A stretch of 64,000 nt of DNA, from assembly GCF_009914755.1 (NCBI RefSeq), contig NC_060929.1; one strand, written 5' to 3'. Shown here one piece after another: positions 61,741-64,000 of the stretch. The position numbers were made by a program, and so were the translations under genes. A model generated the notes under the pieces. The model made no database searches. It was not told the DNA's origin and saw nothing but the letters and a program-made list of their open reading frames with translations. Every line of letters begins with the position of its first letter. Within the stretch, counting starts at the first letter, position 1. The DNA comes from the human T2T-CHM13v2.0 reference genome, Homo sapiens.

Positions 61741-63819
61741 AAAAAGACAGGGAGAGCCACTGCCATGGCGGATTGTTATCATAAGGTAGTAAATATTAAT
61801 TACTAAAATGAGACAGCTCAGGAAAGAATAAAGGATGAAATAAAAACACTCAAAGAGCATTTTGATATATGCTTTTTCAGCCTTCCTTTCTATGAATACT
61901 TTACAAGTGATATGCTGCACATAGACATTTACATTCTGCTATCTTCACCAAACATTACAATTAATACCACATAACAGCACTTTTTATATTTTATTTGGCT
62001 TATCCACCAAATAAAGTCTGGTCACATTATTTCAAGACACACTAACCGCAGTGCACATTGCCACGTGCCTCCCAAACTGTTCCCCCAGCTGCTGGGTGTG
62101 CAGCTGCCTCTGGACAACACTCAGCTGTCAACCCCTTCAGGAAGAGCCAGACATTATGCTCCCCTCCAGGAATGGCTCACATCTATAACTGCCTGGCTGT
62201 GGACATAGAAAGGTGCAGCCCCTTTGCACCACCTCCAAACAATCCTGAAGGGCTCTCCCACCTCCAGAGCCTCCCTACAGGGCCACTGTAGTCTTGGTTG
62301 TGACTACACCACAGCCCAACTTCTCCCTCTGCCAGGCTTGCAGGCTCTTTCCCTTCCCATCCCTTGCCCCTCTCCCTCTTCTCCCTCCTTTTTCTCCAAA
62401 CCCACCCCCACCCCTCCTCCAGTATTGGCCTCAAGAACATCCCCAATAAACTATTCTCCGTATCTTAGTCGGTTTCCCAGGGAACCTGAATAATGTTTAT
62501 TGGAAACATAAGATATTTAATTTCCAACATTTTTGAGAGAACATTCTTCAAGCCAACTTCAATTCCAAAATTTTAAAATACTCTCTCAATAACCAAAAGG
62601 CCATTAAAGACCTTTGAACTATAAAGCAACTGTTTATTGAGCTATTGAGCACCTACTGTAGGTCATCCACCTTGCCAGGGGCTGAAAATTTATGAATAAA
62701 TCGGGCAACTCACCAACTAAGAGTGGTGAAATTAACAGAAAGTAAGAAAACTGTGGAAAAAATAGTTTGTTCTATCATTTCAAATTATTTCTATAGGTTC
62801 AATATCGCAAAACAAAATCAAGAAGGGCCTTAAAGAAAAAGGACATTTGCTAGTCAGGAAATAGACTTTAATCAATATTTCACTGAATAAATTTTTACAT
62901 GATCAAGGATCTGGATCAGATGTTACAGCAAGTGACTTCCTATGGCCCCCAGAAAAGGGTTACTTGTTGTTTCTCCAATGACAGGAGAAAAAGAAGGAGG
63001 GAGGTGGGAAAGAGTTTGAAGTAGTCACTTTGCATAAAAGAAGTATGCAATTCAGAGGAGAATGTGAAATTATGTTAGCAATTAATGCCTCTTTATGAGA
63101 TAATAAAGCAATTAGTGGAAACTTGAACACCAGCCACTAGTGTTCCCATGAAGTGGCAGCCCAGGGGGCGGAGAAGAGGAAAGGTGGAAATGCAAGTTCA
63201 CAAAGACTCTCACTCTGGGCTAAGAGGAGTCAAGAGGAGCTCACATTCATATGCATAAAAGGTCAGCCATCTTTTCAAAAATATTGAATTTCTGTTAATT
63301 CTTCTGTCAAACGCAAGACTTCCAATGCAAATATGTAAAGCATATTTTCTAGGAAACAACATGATAGCCTGTGCTTATTTTTCTGTGTCATCAGTTAATA
63401 GGCTTCAACAGCCCTTTAATGTAAATTATACTCAGGAGTGTCCTTGAAGTGCTAAGGGGACATCATCTCATGGCTCCTTCCACCTAGGGTGGGATTTAGA
63501 GCTCACAGATGCCCCAGAAGAAAATGTTCCCCGGGCTGGCTTCATTGTGAAGAATGAGCCAAAGTCACTGGACCTCAGGCAGCAAGGACCCCATAGCCTT
63601 GGCCATGGCACAGAGGTCCAGTGTGAGCCAGCAGACGTGGGGTAGCACAGCCCTAGCTAAGCCCAACACCCAGCACAACTCTTCCTTTCCATGGTAGCCC
63701 ATGAAGCTTCCTGTCCCTGGCAAAAGACTCTGCTCTGGACATCAGCATTCTCACTTAAGGAAACTTCATCTCTGGCTTCATGGAAGCACCAATTTTTACA
63801 ATCAATGGACCACTCAGAG

Positions 63820-63981
63820 CAGCTTTTCTCAAAACCTGATGTGTATTTATGTGGCTTCAGGGTCTGGCCAACACGAAGATTCTGACTCAGGAGTTCTGGG
63901 ATGGACCTGAGATTCCGCATGTCTAACAAGATTCTGATGTCAATGTTCCTAGGCCTAGAACCTCACTTTGAGATGCCAGGG
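63820..63981. mobile_element. MER5A/B hAT-Charlie MITE
   Basis: TTTCTCAAAA...AGATTCTGACTCAGGAGTTCTGGGATGGACCTGAGATTCCGCATGTCTAACAAG...CACTTTGAGA. Confidence 0.8.
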
Positions 63982-64000
63982 CTTAGTGATCTGGACTGTA

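Overview
Primate (very likely human) non-coding genomic DNA. It is AT-rich and CpG-depleted, and dense with Alu (J, S and Y), L1 (L1PA/L1MA/L1MB/L1MC), L2, MIR, MaLR LTRs and DNA-transposon fossils (MER63, MER45A, MER5, MER6A, Tigger3, MER115-like). I found no ordinary-sized protein-coding exon, RNA gene, CpG island or prokaryote-type system. Every ORF in the track that I can recognise is Alu-derived or a decayed L1 ORF2 piece. The window reads as a large intron or intergenic/enhancer territory, and I cannot name a host gene. The best-supported observations are structural. (i) A three-element nest at 47.5-49.0 kb: an old L1MA with a twin-priming 5' inversion whose palindrome-containing TSD survives across a later Tigger3 insertion. 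(ii) A 27-bp minisatellite that arrays eight GATA motifs and is capped by an inverted copy of its own core. (iii) Alus with internal duplications and an offset flanking repeat. More speculative: several very short exon-like units with good splice signals (9 nt and 27 nt on minus; a TG-repeat-preceded 28 nt unit and a recursive-splice-like site on plus; a hairpin-masked donor in a MIR). These need RNA-seq and conservation data, since such units arise often by chance. Repeat subfamilies were called from remembered consensus motifs, and boundaries of the old elements are approximate.
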